Assembly (NCBI GenBank): GCA_964526665.1 | Contig: CAZGJL010000004.1 | Span: 2,064 to 66,063, forward strand | DNA: 64,000 bases | Source: an uncultured Candidatus Peribacteria bacterium | Lineage (GTDB): Bacteria; Patescibacteriota; Gracilibacteria; UBA4473 | Direction: 5' to 3' | Shown here: positions 28,953 through 36,943 of the stretch, piece after piece | Layout of the letters: every line of letters begins with the position of its first letter | How positions within the stretch are numbered: the first letter of the stretch is position 1 | The notes under the pieces: generated by a model | Told to the model about the DNA's origin: nothing | Database searches by the model: none | What the model saw: only the letters and a program-made list of their open reading frames with translations | Position numbers and translations under genes: made by a program

Positions 28953-30563
28953 TTATTTTTTTACCACGGCTCCCATAAACTCTCTAAATAATGGATGTGG
29001 TTTCAATGGACGAGATAAAAACTCTGGATGAAATTGAGACGCAATCATAAATGGATGATTTTCTAATTCCACAACTTCCACTAACTCATTATCTGGTGAA
29101 ATTCCTGCGATACAAAATCCGTTCTCTTCAAATTTTTCTCGATATATATTGTTGAATTCAAAACGATGACGATGTCGCTCAGAAATTTCATTCTTTCCAT
29201 AAATAGCACGTGTTTTGGTTCCTTTTTTTAATATAGCTGGATATGCACCAAGTCGCATTGTTCCTCCTTTTTTTCTAATAGTTCGTTGTTCAGGAATAAA
29301 ATGAATTACATGATGTTTTGATTTGTTTTCTTCATCAAATTCCTCGCTGGTAGCGTCTTTTATTTTCAAAACATTTCGTGCAAATTCAATCGCCATAATT
29401 TGCGATCCCAGGCAAAGCCCTAAATATGGTTTCTCGTTTTCACGACAATACTGTGCTACTCGAATTTTTCCTTCAATTCCGCGATTTCCAAATCCTCCAG
29501 GAACTATTATTCCATCCACTTCTTCTAATTTTGCTAATTCATCCTTATCTTTTTCTTCTATTTTTTCTGTATCAATCCACTCAATTTCTGTTTTCCATCC
29601 ATGATAAAATCCTGCCGATTTTACCGCTTCTATAACTGATAAATACGCATCATCCAATTCATTATATTTTCCTGCTAATCCAATTGATACTGTCTTTTTT
29701 GTTCGCCTGATTTTATCTACTAATTCTGACCAATCAGAAAGCTTACATTTCAATTTTTTAATATTCAGCTTCCGTGCCAAAGTCTCGGCAAGACCAAATT
29801 TCTCATATCGCAATGGCACTTCATAAATCGAAGAAACTGTCTCCGATGGAATCACACAATCCTCTTCTACGTCGCAAAAGAATGCTATTTTTTTCAAAAT
29901 TTTCTTTGAAATTTTCACATCTGCTCGAGCAAAAATAAAGTCAGGCTGAATTCCTGCCATTCGCAATGTTCGCACAGAAATCTGTGTCGGTTTTGTTTTT
30001 AATTCTCCAGACGCCTGTAACCATGGGAGCAAGGTTAAATGCATGGACACTAAATTTTCACCATGCTTTCGTTTCATTTGACGTAATACTTCCAAAAATG
30101 GCTCTCCCTCTATATCCCCTACTGTTCCACCAATTTCCACCACCAAAACATCTACGTCCATTTTCTTTGCTGCCAATTCCACTTTTTCCTGAATTTTTTG
30201 TGTAATATGTGGAACTACCTGAATCGTTCCTCCTAGATATTTCCCTTCTCTTTCTTCTGCCAAGACTTCTGAATAAATTCGTCCTGTTGTCACTGAACAA
30301 AATTTCTGAAGCGGCGTATCAATAAAACGCTCGTAATGTCCCAAATCTAAATCTGTTTCTGCTCCATCATCAAGAACAAAAACTTCTCCATGTTGGAACG
30401 GACTCATTGTCCCTGGATCAACATTCAAATACGGATCTAGTTTCATAATCGCAACTTTTACTCCAGCAGATTTTAAAATTGCCGCAGTAGAACTAGCGAC
30501 AATACCTTTTCCCAAGCTGGAACAAACTCCCCCTGTTACGAATACGAACTTTGTTTCTTTCAT
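28953..30563 (-). CDS. pyrG: CTP synthase
   Basis: KFVFVTGGVCSSLGKG, a GATase domain with GLCLGSQ, and HRHRFEFN. Confidence 0.97.
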   Translation of the reverse strand: MKETKFVFVTGGVCSSLGKGIVASSTAAILKSAGVKVAIMKLDPYLNVDPGTMSPFQHGEVFVLDDGAETDLDLGHYERFIDTPLQKFCSVTTGRIYSEVLAEEREGKYLGGTIQVVPHITQKIQEKVELAAKKMDVDVLVVEIGGTVGDIEGEPFLEVLRQMKRKHGENLVSMHLTLLPWLQASGELKTKPTQISVRTLRMAGIQPDFIFARADVKISKKILKKIAFFCDVEEDCVIPSETVSSIYEVPLRYEKFGLAETLARKLNIKKLKCKLSDWSELVDKIRRTKKTVSIGLAGKYNELDDAYLSVIEAVKSAGFYHGWKTEIEWIDTEKIEEKDKDELAKLEEVDGIIVPGGFGNRGIEGKIRVAQYCRENEKPYLGLCLGSQIMAIEFARNVLKIKDATSEEFDEENKSKHHVIHFIPEQRTIRKKGGTMRLGAYPAILKKGTKTRAIYGKNEISERHRHRFEFNNIYREKFEENGFCIAGISPDNELVEVVELENHPFMIASQFHPEFLSRPLKPHPLFREFMGAVVKK

Positions 30564-30608
30564 CGCAAGAAATTGTACGGGGATTCTGCCGAACGTGCAA
30601 AAAAAAGA

Positions 30609-31151
30609 TTAAGAATTTTCTAAATCGGCAAGCTTTTTTGAACATTCCTCGCGGGCTTCATGAAAAACTCTCAAAAAATGATCATTTTCTTCTGTTCTTG
30701 CTGATGGAACAAATACAGGCAAACTTTTTTCACGATTCTTTTTCATTTTTTCTATTTCCCCATTGAAAGAAAAACATTTTATTGGTATCTCTTGTCCATT
30801 CACCCTATCAACACTTTTATAAAACCAATATTTCATCCGTTGTTTAAATTCCTTTGATGCATCCAAAACACTTTTTATCTTACAAAGAAAAAATTGATCT
30901 TCTCTTGTTTTTTTTGATTTACAAAAAATAAACCCTAACACTTCTTGTATCTCTTTTGGCAATTGATCAATGTTCTCTAGGATCTTAGAATAATCTCCCT
31001 TAAGTATGTCATAATCTGCCACGGTTTCTTGTGGCTCCTTTCGTGCAACCTGAATACCGTCTGCCACAATTGCATAACTAGCATTTTTATTATTTCCCTG
31101 AAACTTTTCACTCATCCTATGCATTAATACGTATTTTTTATATTTTGTCAA
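30609..31151 (-). CDS. hypothetical protein, translationally coupled to folP
   Basis: 180-aa ORF whose start overlaps the folP stop by 4 nt (31148-31151). Confidence 0.5.
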   Translation of the reverse strand: MTKYKKYVLMHRMSEKFQGNNKNASYAIVADGIQVARKEPQETVADYDILKGDYSKILENIDQLPKEIQEVLGFIFCKSKKTREDQFFLCKIKSVLDASKEFKQRMKYWFYKSVDRVNGQEIPIKCFSFNGEIEKMKKNREKSLPVFVPSARTEENDHFLRVFHEAREECSKKLADLENS

Positions 31152-31945
31152 TAATTCTGGAACAATCGGACATACTCTAAAACATCATGAACACGTACAT
31201 AACGAGCTCCTGAATTAATAGCAATTTCCGCTGCTTTCACGTTTGGTTCTGTTTCAAAACGATGTTCTCCCAAAAAACGCTTCCGTGAATGACCAATCAT
31301 AACTTCGCACTCAGGAACGAGCTCTGCAAATTTCAATAACTCCCAATTACATTCCATTGTTTTCCCAAATCCAATAGTAGGATCCAGAATTATTTTTTCA
31401 GAAGAAATCCCAAATTTTATCAATTCTTCTCGACGAGAAAGTAAATCATCTCGCACACTAAAAACTGAATCAATTTCTTGTTCATGAACTTCACTAACTG
31501 TCTCCCCAGGCCAATGTCCTATGATTGCTTTTTTTGAAAACTGAACTACTAACTCTTGCATTTTTTTATTACAGAGCCCTGATACGTCATTCAAAATTTC
31601 TCCCCCGAGATCAAAAAACTTCTGAGCAACTTCTGGATTTCGCGTATCGAGAGAAATACGTGAACGCCATTCTGGATTTTGTAAAAACTCTCCCAAAACA
31701 GGTTCCACTCTCCCCCACTCTTCTTCGGCAGAAACAACTTCTGCATTTGGACGAGTAGATTCTCCTCCAATATCTATAAACTGTGCACCATCATGAAACA
31801 GTGAGTACGCATGATCAATTGCTTTTTTTGGCTCAAGAAAAGTTCCTCCATCTGAAAAACTATCGGGGGTCACATTTACAATGCCGAAAATTTCACAAGT
31901 CATCGTCAGAATGGTACACTTTGCCCGAAAAAATGAAATCTCCAA
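31148..31945 (-). CDS. folP: dihydropteroate synthase
   Basis: GIVNVTPDSFSDGG and DIGGESTRP motifs. The internal ATG at 31903 (MTCEIFGIVN...) is an equally plausible start. Confidence 0.9.
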   Translation of the reverse strand: MEISFFRAKCTILTMTCEIFGIVNVTPDSFSDGGTFLEPKKAIDHAYSLFHDGAQFIDIGGESTRPNAEVVSAEEEWGRVEPVLGEFLQNPEWRSRISLDTRNPEVAQKFFDLGGEILNDVSGLCNKKMQELVVQFSKKAIIGHWPGETVSEVHEQEIDSVFSVRDDLLSRREELIKFGISSEKIILDPTIGFGKTMECNWELLKFAELVPECEVMIGHSRKRFLGEHRFETEPNVKAAEIAINSGARYVRVHDVLEYVRLFQNY

Positions 31946-32631
31946 TTATTGTTCTCGAAGGACTTGATGCCTGTGGAAAATCAACACAGACCGAAATTTT
32001 GATGCAAAGCCTTAAATCACGTGGAATTAGCGTAGGATTTGTACGATTTCCAGGATACGAAAAAACTGCCGCAGGACGCAGAATCGCTGCATATCTCCGT
32101 GGAGAATTTGGAGAAATGAGAAGTATTGATCCACGAATTGTTGCCTCAATGTTTGCCGCTGATCGATTAGAACAACTTGAAGAAGTTGAAAAACTACGCG
32201 CGAAGCATGATATTTTGATTTGTGATCGTGGTGTCACTTCAAATCTAATTTATAGTCCTGCTCGAGGAGAAAAAAAATCAGAAATAAAAATGCTCGAAGA
32301 GTTTGTTGAAAAACTTGAATATGACATCAACGGGTTTCCTCGAGAGAGTCTTGTTATTTTTCTTGATGCAAGTGATGAGGCTCGTGCAAAAATTCATTCA
32401 GCAAAAAATCGTCTCGCCGATCTCCATGAAGCCGATGAAACATATTTACAGCAAGTGCGAGAAGTAGCCTTAGCACGATGTAAAAAGGACTTCAGATGGG
32501 TAAATATCCCCGTTGATAAAGGCGGAGAACTTCGACGTCGAGAAGAAATTGGGAACGAAATATTGGCGCTTGTGTTGGAGAAATTACAAAAAAAAGACAC
32601 CACGCCTGAAAAACAACAAGCCCTTTTCTAA
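31933..32631 (+). CDS. tmk: thymidylate kinase
   Basis: MKSPIIVLEGLDACGKSTQ P-loop and DR..TS lid region. The start is moved from the track's 31783 to the ATG at 31933. Confidence 0.85.
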   Translation: MKSPIIVLEGLDACGKSTQTEILMQSLKSRGISVGFVRFPGYEKTAAGRRIAAYLRGEFGEMRSIDPRIVASMFAADRLEQLEEVEKLRAKHDILICDRGVTSNLIYSPARGEKKSEIKMLEEFVEKLEYDINGFPRESLVIFLDASDEARAKIHSAKNRLADLHEADETYLQQVREVALARCKKDFRWVNIPVDKGGELRRREEIGNEILALVLEKLQKKDTTPEKQQALF

Positions 32632-32927
32632 TGAAATTATCCGAGCACTGGCCTCGGGTTCTGTTTGTAGAAATACTTCTTATCTGCACCTGTTTGTTTA
32701 TTATAAATCTTTTCGTTGATTTTCTTGATTTTTCAAGTCATCCTGCTGTACATACTCCTACCCCCTACTTTCCTCATGTATTTGAAGGAGATTCCCTTAC
32801 TAATACTATATTTGTAAAAAAATTCTGGGCAGAAATTCTCTTTTTTTTACTGGTATTTTTCGGGCAAATCGGTATTTTTCGCTTGCGTAAAAAAATCTTT
32901 CCTATTGATCCCTCTCAAAATGGCTGA
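32631..32927 (+). CDS. small hypothetical membrane protein
   Basis: 98 aa with two hydrophobic segments. Its start codon immediately follows the tmk stop. Confidence 0.45.
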   Translation: MKLSEHWPRVLFVEILLICTCLFIINLFVDFLDFSSHPAVHTPTPYFPHVFEGDSLTNTIFVKKFWAEILFFLLVFFGQIGIFRLRKKIFPIDPSQNG

Positions 32928-33768
32928 AATAATCTCTGGACGCGATATTGCTAGTAAAATCATTGAAACTGATCTCATTCCACGAGTTGAGGCATTGAAA
33001 ACAAAAGGAATTATTCCTAAGCTCGTTGTTATCCTTGTTGGAGAACACCCCGCAAGCGCATCATATGTAAAACAAAAAGAGAAATTTGCTGCTCGATCTG
33101 GAATTGAATCTGAGGTTCGTCGTTTTCCTGACACTATCAGCGAAGAGGCTATTTTGAACGAATTGGATGCTATTGAGGCAGATGCAAAAATTCATGGAGT
33201 TATCGTACAAACCCCACTCCCTGATAACATTTCTATTAAAAAAGTATTGGAAAAAATTTCCCCAGAAAAAGATGTAGATGGATGGACTGCTGAAAACATG
33301 GGGCTCTTGGCTCGTGGAGAAAAGACACTCCAAAGCTGTACTCCAAAAGGAATTATTCGTCTCATTGATGAGACAGGAACGGAAATAAAAGGAGCAAACG
33401 CTGTGGTCGTTGGACGGAGTAATATTGTAGGAAAACCAGTGAGTCTTTTGTTGCTCAATCGTGGGGCAACTGTTACCACGTGTCACCGTGGCACCAAAGA
33501 CGTAGATTCTTTTCTCAAACAAGCAGACATCGTTGTTGTAGCTGTAGGAAAAATTGGTCTGATCAAAGGAGAACAATTAAAACCTGGTTGTACTGTTATC
33601 GATGTAGGAATTAATAGAAATGACGAAGGAAAACTTGTTGGAGATGTAGATTTCCCCAGTGCTGAAAAAGTCGCAGGAAAAATCACCCCTGTTCCTGGCG
33701 GAGTTGGTCCTATGACAGTTGTAAGCTTGATTGAAAACACTATTGAATCCGCTGAATCAACTGTTTAA
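32920..33768 (+). CDS. folD: bifunctional methylenetetrahydrofolate dehydrogenase/cyclohydrolase
   Basis: MAEIISGRDIA..., ASASYVKQK, VVVGRSNIVGKP and PVPGGVGPMT motifs. Confidence 0.95.
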   Translation: MAEIISGRDIASKIIETDLIPRVEALKTKGIIPKLVVILVGEHPASASYVKQKEKFAARSGIESEVRRFPDTISEEAILNELDAIEADAKIHGVIVQTPLPDNISIKKVLEKISPEKDVDGWTAENMGLLARGEKTLQSCTPKGIIRLIDETGTEIKGANAVVVGRSNIVGKPVSLLLLNRGATVTTCHRGTKDVDSFLKQADIVVVAVGKIGLIKGEQLKPGCTVIDVGINRNDEGKLVGDVDFPSAEKVAGKITPVPGGVGPMTVVSLIENTIESAESTV

Positions 33769-33928
33769 TTTCGTGATTCTAAAAATTGCATTTGTGAACG
33801 CGACAAAAAACAATTATTCAACGAGAATGTTTCGTTTACAAGAGAACAATCGCAACGAGTTTTTTTGATTCTTTTTTTGCGGAAAAAAAAGAGTGAATAA
33901 CCTCCCTCTTATATTTTCTTTTACTTCG

Positions 33929-34780
33929 CTACTTCTTCGCTACCACACTATGATCATGATGTGGTGCTACTACAGATGCTTCCTGTAGTTTTTTTACGTC
34001 TAATTGATTTCCACAGTTTTTACAAAATTTTGAATCGTGATCGTGATGTGGAAAATGACAAAACTCACATGTATGAAGCCGTTTCCCAAAGAAGTGATCC
34101 AGAAAAATACGCGTAATAATCGCTGTCAAAACAGACATTGTCGCCACTCCCAAAATAATAACCACTCCTGCAAGAGCCTTTCCTCCCATTGTAATCGGAA
34201 CAACATCTCCATACCCAACCGTTGCCATTGTTACAAGCGACCACCAAAGCGAATCTGCAAGTGAAAGAATTTCAGGATTAAATCCATGTTCTAGTAAATA
34301 TGCTCCTAGCCCGCTCATCATCCATACAACAAGAAACGATGTTCCTAAAATTTGAAACTCATGTTTGTAATGTACGAATGAACGCAGAAAGTTGAGTAAA
34401 AAGTCAGAATATCGCAGTACTTTTAAGAGCTGTAAAATATGAAGTAATCGCAATCCTCGTAAAAACGCAATATTCAAATGTGATAATCCTGAAAGTACCA
34501 CGAGTAAATCTACTAACCCTAAAGGGGAAAAAATAAATTTCCATTTTCTTGGTGCTATCATCAAACGCATAACATATTCAACCGCAAAAAACCCAATCAC
34601 TGTCTGATCAAAAACTTTGAAAAAATACCAATACTCTCTAAACATATCTGTGTTTTCAAGTGCAAAAGAAAGCGTTGAAAGAGCAATAAGAGTCAGCAAA
34701 AGATGGCCAAACATACGTCCAGCACGAGATTCGTGATTCATAAGTAAATCGACTAACGCCGCGTGTATTTTTTCTTTCAT
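33929..34780 (-). CDS. voltage-gated-type K+ channel with C-terminal zinc-ribbon/His-rich tail
   Basis: S4-like LRGLRLLHILQLLKVLR, selectivity filter TVGYGD, and tail CEFCHFPHHDHDSKFCKNCGNQL...HHDH. Confidence 0.8.
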   Translation of the reverse strand: MKEKIHAALVDLLMNHESRAGRMFGHLLLTLIALSTLSFALENTDMFREYWYFFKVFDQTVIGFFAVEYVMRLMIAPRKWKFIFSPLGLVDLLVVLSGLSHLNIAFLRGLRLLHILQLLKVLRYSDFLLNFLRSFVHYKHEFQILGTSFLVVWMMSGLGAYLLEHGFNPEILSLADSLWWSLVTMATVGYGDVVPITMGGKALAGVVIILGVATMSVLTAIITRIFLDHFFGKRLHTCEFCHFPHHDHDSKFCKNCGNQLDVKKLQEASVVAPHHDHSVVAKK

Positions 34781-34835
34781 GTTTATTTTACCTGCTTATT
34801 GTGCCAGAGTTATCTATTTTTTTGAAATCATTTTT

Positions 34836-34878
34836 AAAATTCCAAATTTATAGTTTGCAGTTTGTAGTTTGAAGATTT
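34836..34878. repeat. heptad-unit intergenic repeat copy
   Basis: AAAATTCCAAATT-TATAGTT-TGCAGTT-TGTAGTT-TGAAGAT-TTT. It has the same terminus and core as 53551-53590. Confidence 0.7.
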
Positions 34879-34902
34879 TAATATGAAACTCTATACTTAC
34901 CA

Positions 34903-36093
34903 ATGATGAAACTTGCGATTATAGGTGCTGGACCGGCTGGGATCTTTGCGACGAAGTTCTTGAAAGAATGGAATGGAGAAATTCATCTTTTTGAAGCAAA
35001 TCCACATATCGGGAAAAAACTCGCCCTTACTGGTGGTGGACGCATGAACCTGACGAATAAAGAACTTAGGGTTGATCATTTTTTTTCTGAAAATGAACGG
35101 ACATTGAAACATATTTTCAAAAATAACTTCGCGAGAAACTATTTGGATTTATTCGATGCATTGGGAATCAAAATGAAGTGGGAAAAAAACAGAGCGCTTC
35201 TCCAGTCAGAAGATGGCGCTGGACAAGTGAAACAATGGGAAAGCGAATTCCAAAAGCAAAAAAATCTTATGCTACATCTTCATTGTGAGGTAATTGGGAT
35301 TAAAAAGTTGAACAATAAATTTGTTCTTTATGCAAAAGATCATGAAGAAAACTTTGATTTTATTTTAATAACAACTGGCGGAATGCTCCGGTTATTAGAG
35401 AAAAAGAATGAACAAGAAATTTATTCATTACCCAGGAACACTCAGCATACAATAATAAAACCTTCTCCTTGTTTATCTCCGATACAAATCCCCTCTTCCC
35501 CTTTTGTGACATTGGCTGGAACGGCTATGAAAGTTGAATTGTCTCAAAATAATAAACATAAAATAACTGATGATCTTTTATTTACTCACGTAGGTATCTC
35601 TGGACCCGCTGTGTTAGATTTTTCTGCTGTATGGGGCAAAGAGACGTTTGAACTAAATTTCCTCCCAGAATACGACGAAAATGCCTTCATAAACGATTTT
35701 CAAGAACAACGAAACGGAAAACACAAGCTCATCAGCTTTTTACAAAAATTATTCCCAAAACGAGTAGCTGAATTTCATGCAGAACAAATCGGTGGAAAAG
35801 AAAAAATGATCGCAGATATCAATAAAGACGATTTTAATACATTGAAAAAAAACATCTTCCACTGGCAAGTGAAAAATGGAAAAAGTTGTGGCTACGAACA
35901 ATCATGGACTACGCGCGGTGGAGTAAGTCTCGATGAAATACATGCGGCAACTATGGAGTCCAAACTCGTACCAAATTTATTTTTTTCTGGAGAAGTAATG
36001 GATGTCACCGGACTCTGTGGTGGATACAATATTACGTTTGCTGCTATATCAGCACGGATTGCTATTTCTGAGATATGGGAAAGAGCAGCATAA
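34903..36093 (+). CDS. HI0933/BaiN-family FAD-dependent flavoprotein
   Basis: MKLAIIGAGPAGIFA dinucleotide fold, LTGGGRMNLTN, and C-terminal GEVMDVTGLCGGYN. Confidence 0.85.
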   Translation: MMKLAIIGAGPAGIFATKFLKEWNGEIHLFEANPHIGKKLALTGGGRMNLTNKELRVDHFFSENERTLKHIFKNNFARNYLDLFDALGIKMKWEKNRALLQSEDGAGQVKQWESEFQKQKNLMLHLHCEVIGIKKLNNKFVLYAKDHEENFDFILITTGGMLRLLEKKNEQEIYSLPRNTQHTIIKPSPCLSPIQIPSSPFVTLAGTAMKVELSQNNKHKITDDLLFTHVGISGPAVLDFSAVWGKETFELNFLPEYDENAFINDFQEQRNGKHKLISFLQKLFPKRVAEFHAEQIGGKEKMIADINKDDFNTLKKNIFHWQVKNGKSCGYEQSWTTRGGVSLDEIHAATMESKLVPNLFFSGEVMDVTGLCGGYNITFAAISARIAISEIWERAA

Positions 36094-36141
36094 CAAGTTA
36101 TGCTGCCCATTTTTTTCCCGATACCAACCCAACCATTACGA

Positions 36142-36693
36142 TTAATATTTACGCACATGCGTATTCGCAACATCTCCTACATGTACAGTACATGGATCGA
36201 ATGTGGCGGTAACACGTTGGTGCTGTACTTGATTCCATAAACGCACATCGTGCGCCTGAAAATACAACACTGTACCTGCACTATCAGATTGCATTAATGC
36301 CAATGCCTCTTCGGCAATACTACCATGAAGAGTAGCTTTGCCATCTGAACGTTTCAAAGAAAAGACATAAGCCTCATTTTCAAAACGAACAGTACTTCTG
36401 GAAGCATCAACATAGAAATTTGAACGTTTCCACTTAGGAACGTCCTTTTCGTTTAACATTACTACCGTTGCGGAAGAAACTTTCATCTCCTCATTAATAG
36501 TGTTTATTCTGAAAAAGATACTTGGTGCAAAAGCATCAGGTTCAATTCCAGGCAAACTAGCTATTACTGATACCGGTGGCTGTGCTGTGTCCGTGGTATT
36601 AACTGGTTCTTCATTTCCTCCAAACATACTGCAAGAAGGTAACATCATCATTACTCCTAGAGCAATAATCATAATAATACTTGTTTTTTTCAT
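36142..36693 (-). CDS. putative lipoprotein
   Basis: MKKTSIIMIIALGVMMMLPSC lipobox. Confidence 0.6.
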   Translation of the reverse strand: MKKTSIIMIIALGVMMMLPSCSMFGGNEEPVNTTDTAQPPVSVIASLPGIEPDAFAPSIFFRINTINEEMKVSSATVVMLNEKDVPKWKRSNFYVDASRSTVRFENEAYVFSLKRSDGKATLHGSIAEEALALMQSDSAGTVLYFQAHDVRLWNQVQHQRVTATFDPCTVHVGDVANTHVRKY

Positions 36694-36802
36694 AATTTTT
36701 GTTTTTGCCTCTCGGCTTGTTTATAAATAAAATTGAACTCTCTTCTCAGTCCGCCGAACGAACTCAGCAGAGAATCCAAAAAATATAAACATAAAAACAA
36801 TT

Positions 36803-36884
36803 GGTCAGTCCTCGGGAGCGGTATTCGAGCGGAACACTCACGAATGAGAAATTCTGCTACCAAAGCCCGCTATAAGGACTGATG
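36803..36884. other. candidate structured element (nested helices), strand and function unknown
   Basis: TCAGTCCT (36805-36812) pairs with AGGACTGA (36875-36882). AGCGG pairs with CCGCT at 36817-21/36867-71. ATTCG..CGAAT forms a hairpin at 36823-36845. I counted 41/80 G+C in 36801-36880. Confidence 0.25.
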
Positions 36885-36943
36885 TGATCTGAAATGTGAA
36901 AGAACTCTTTCTGTGTATAAACTATATTGACCAGGTTGTCAAC

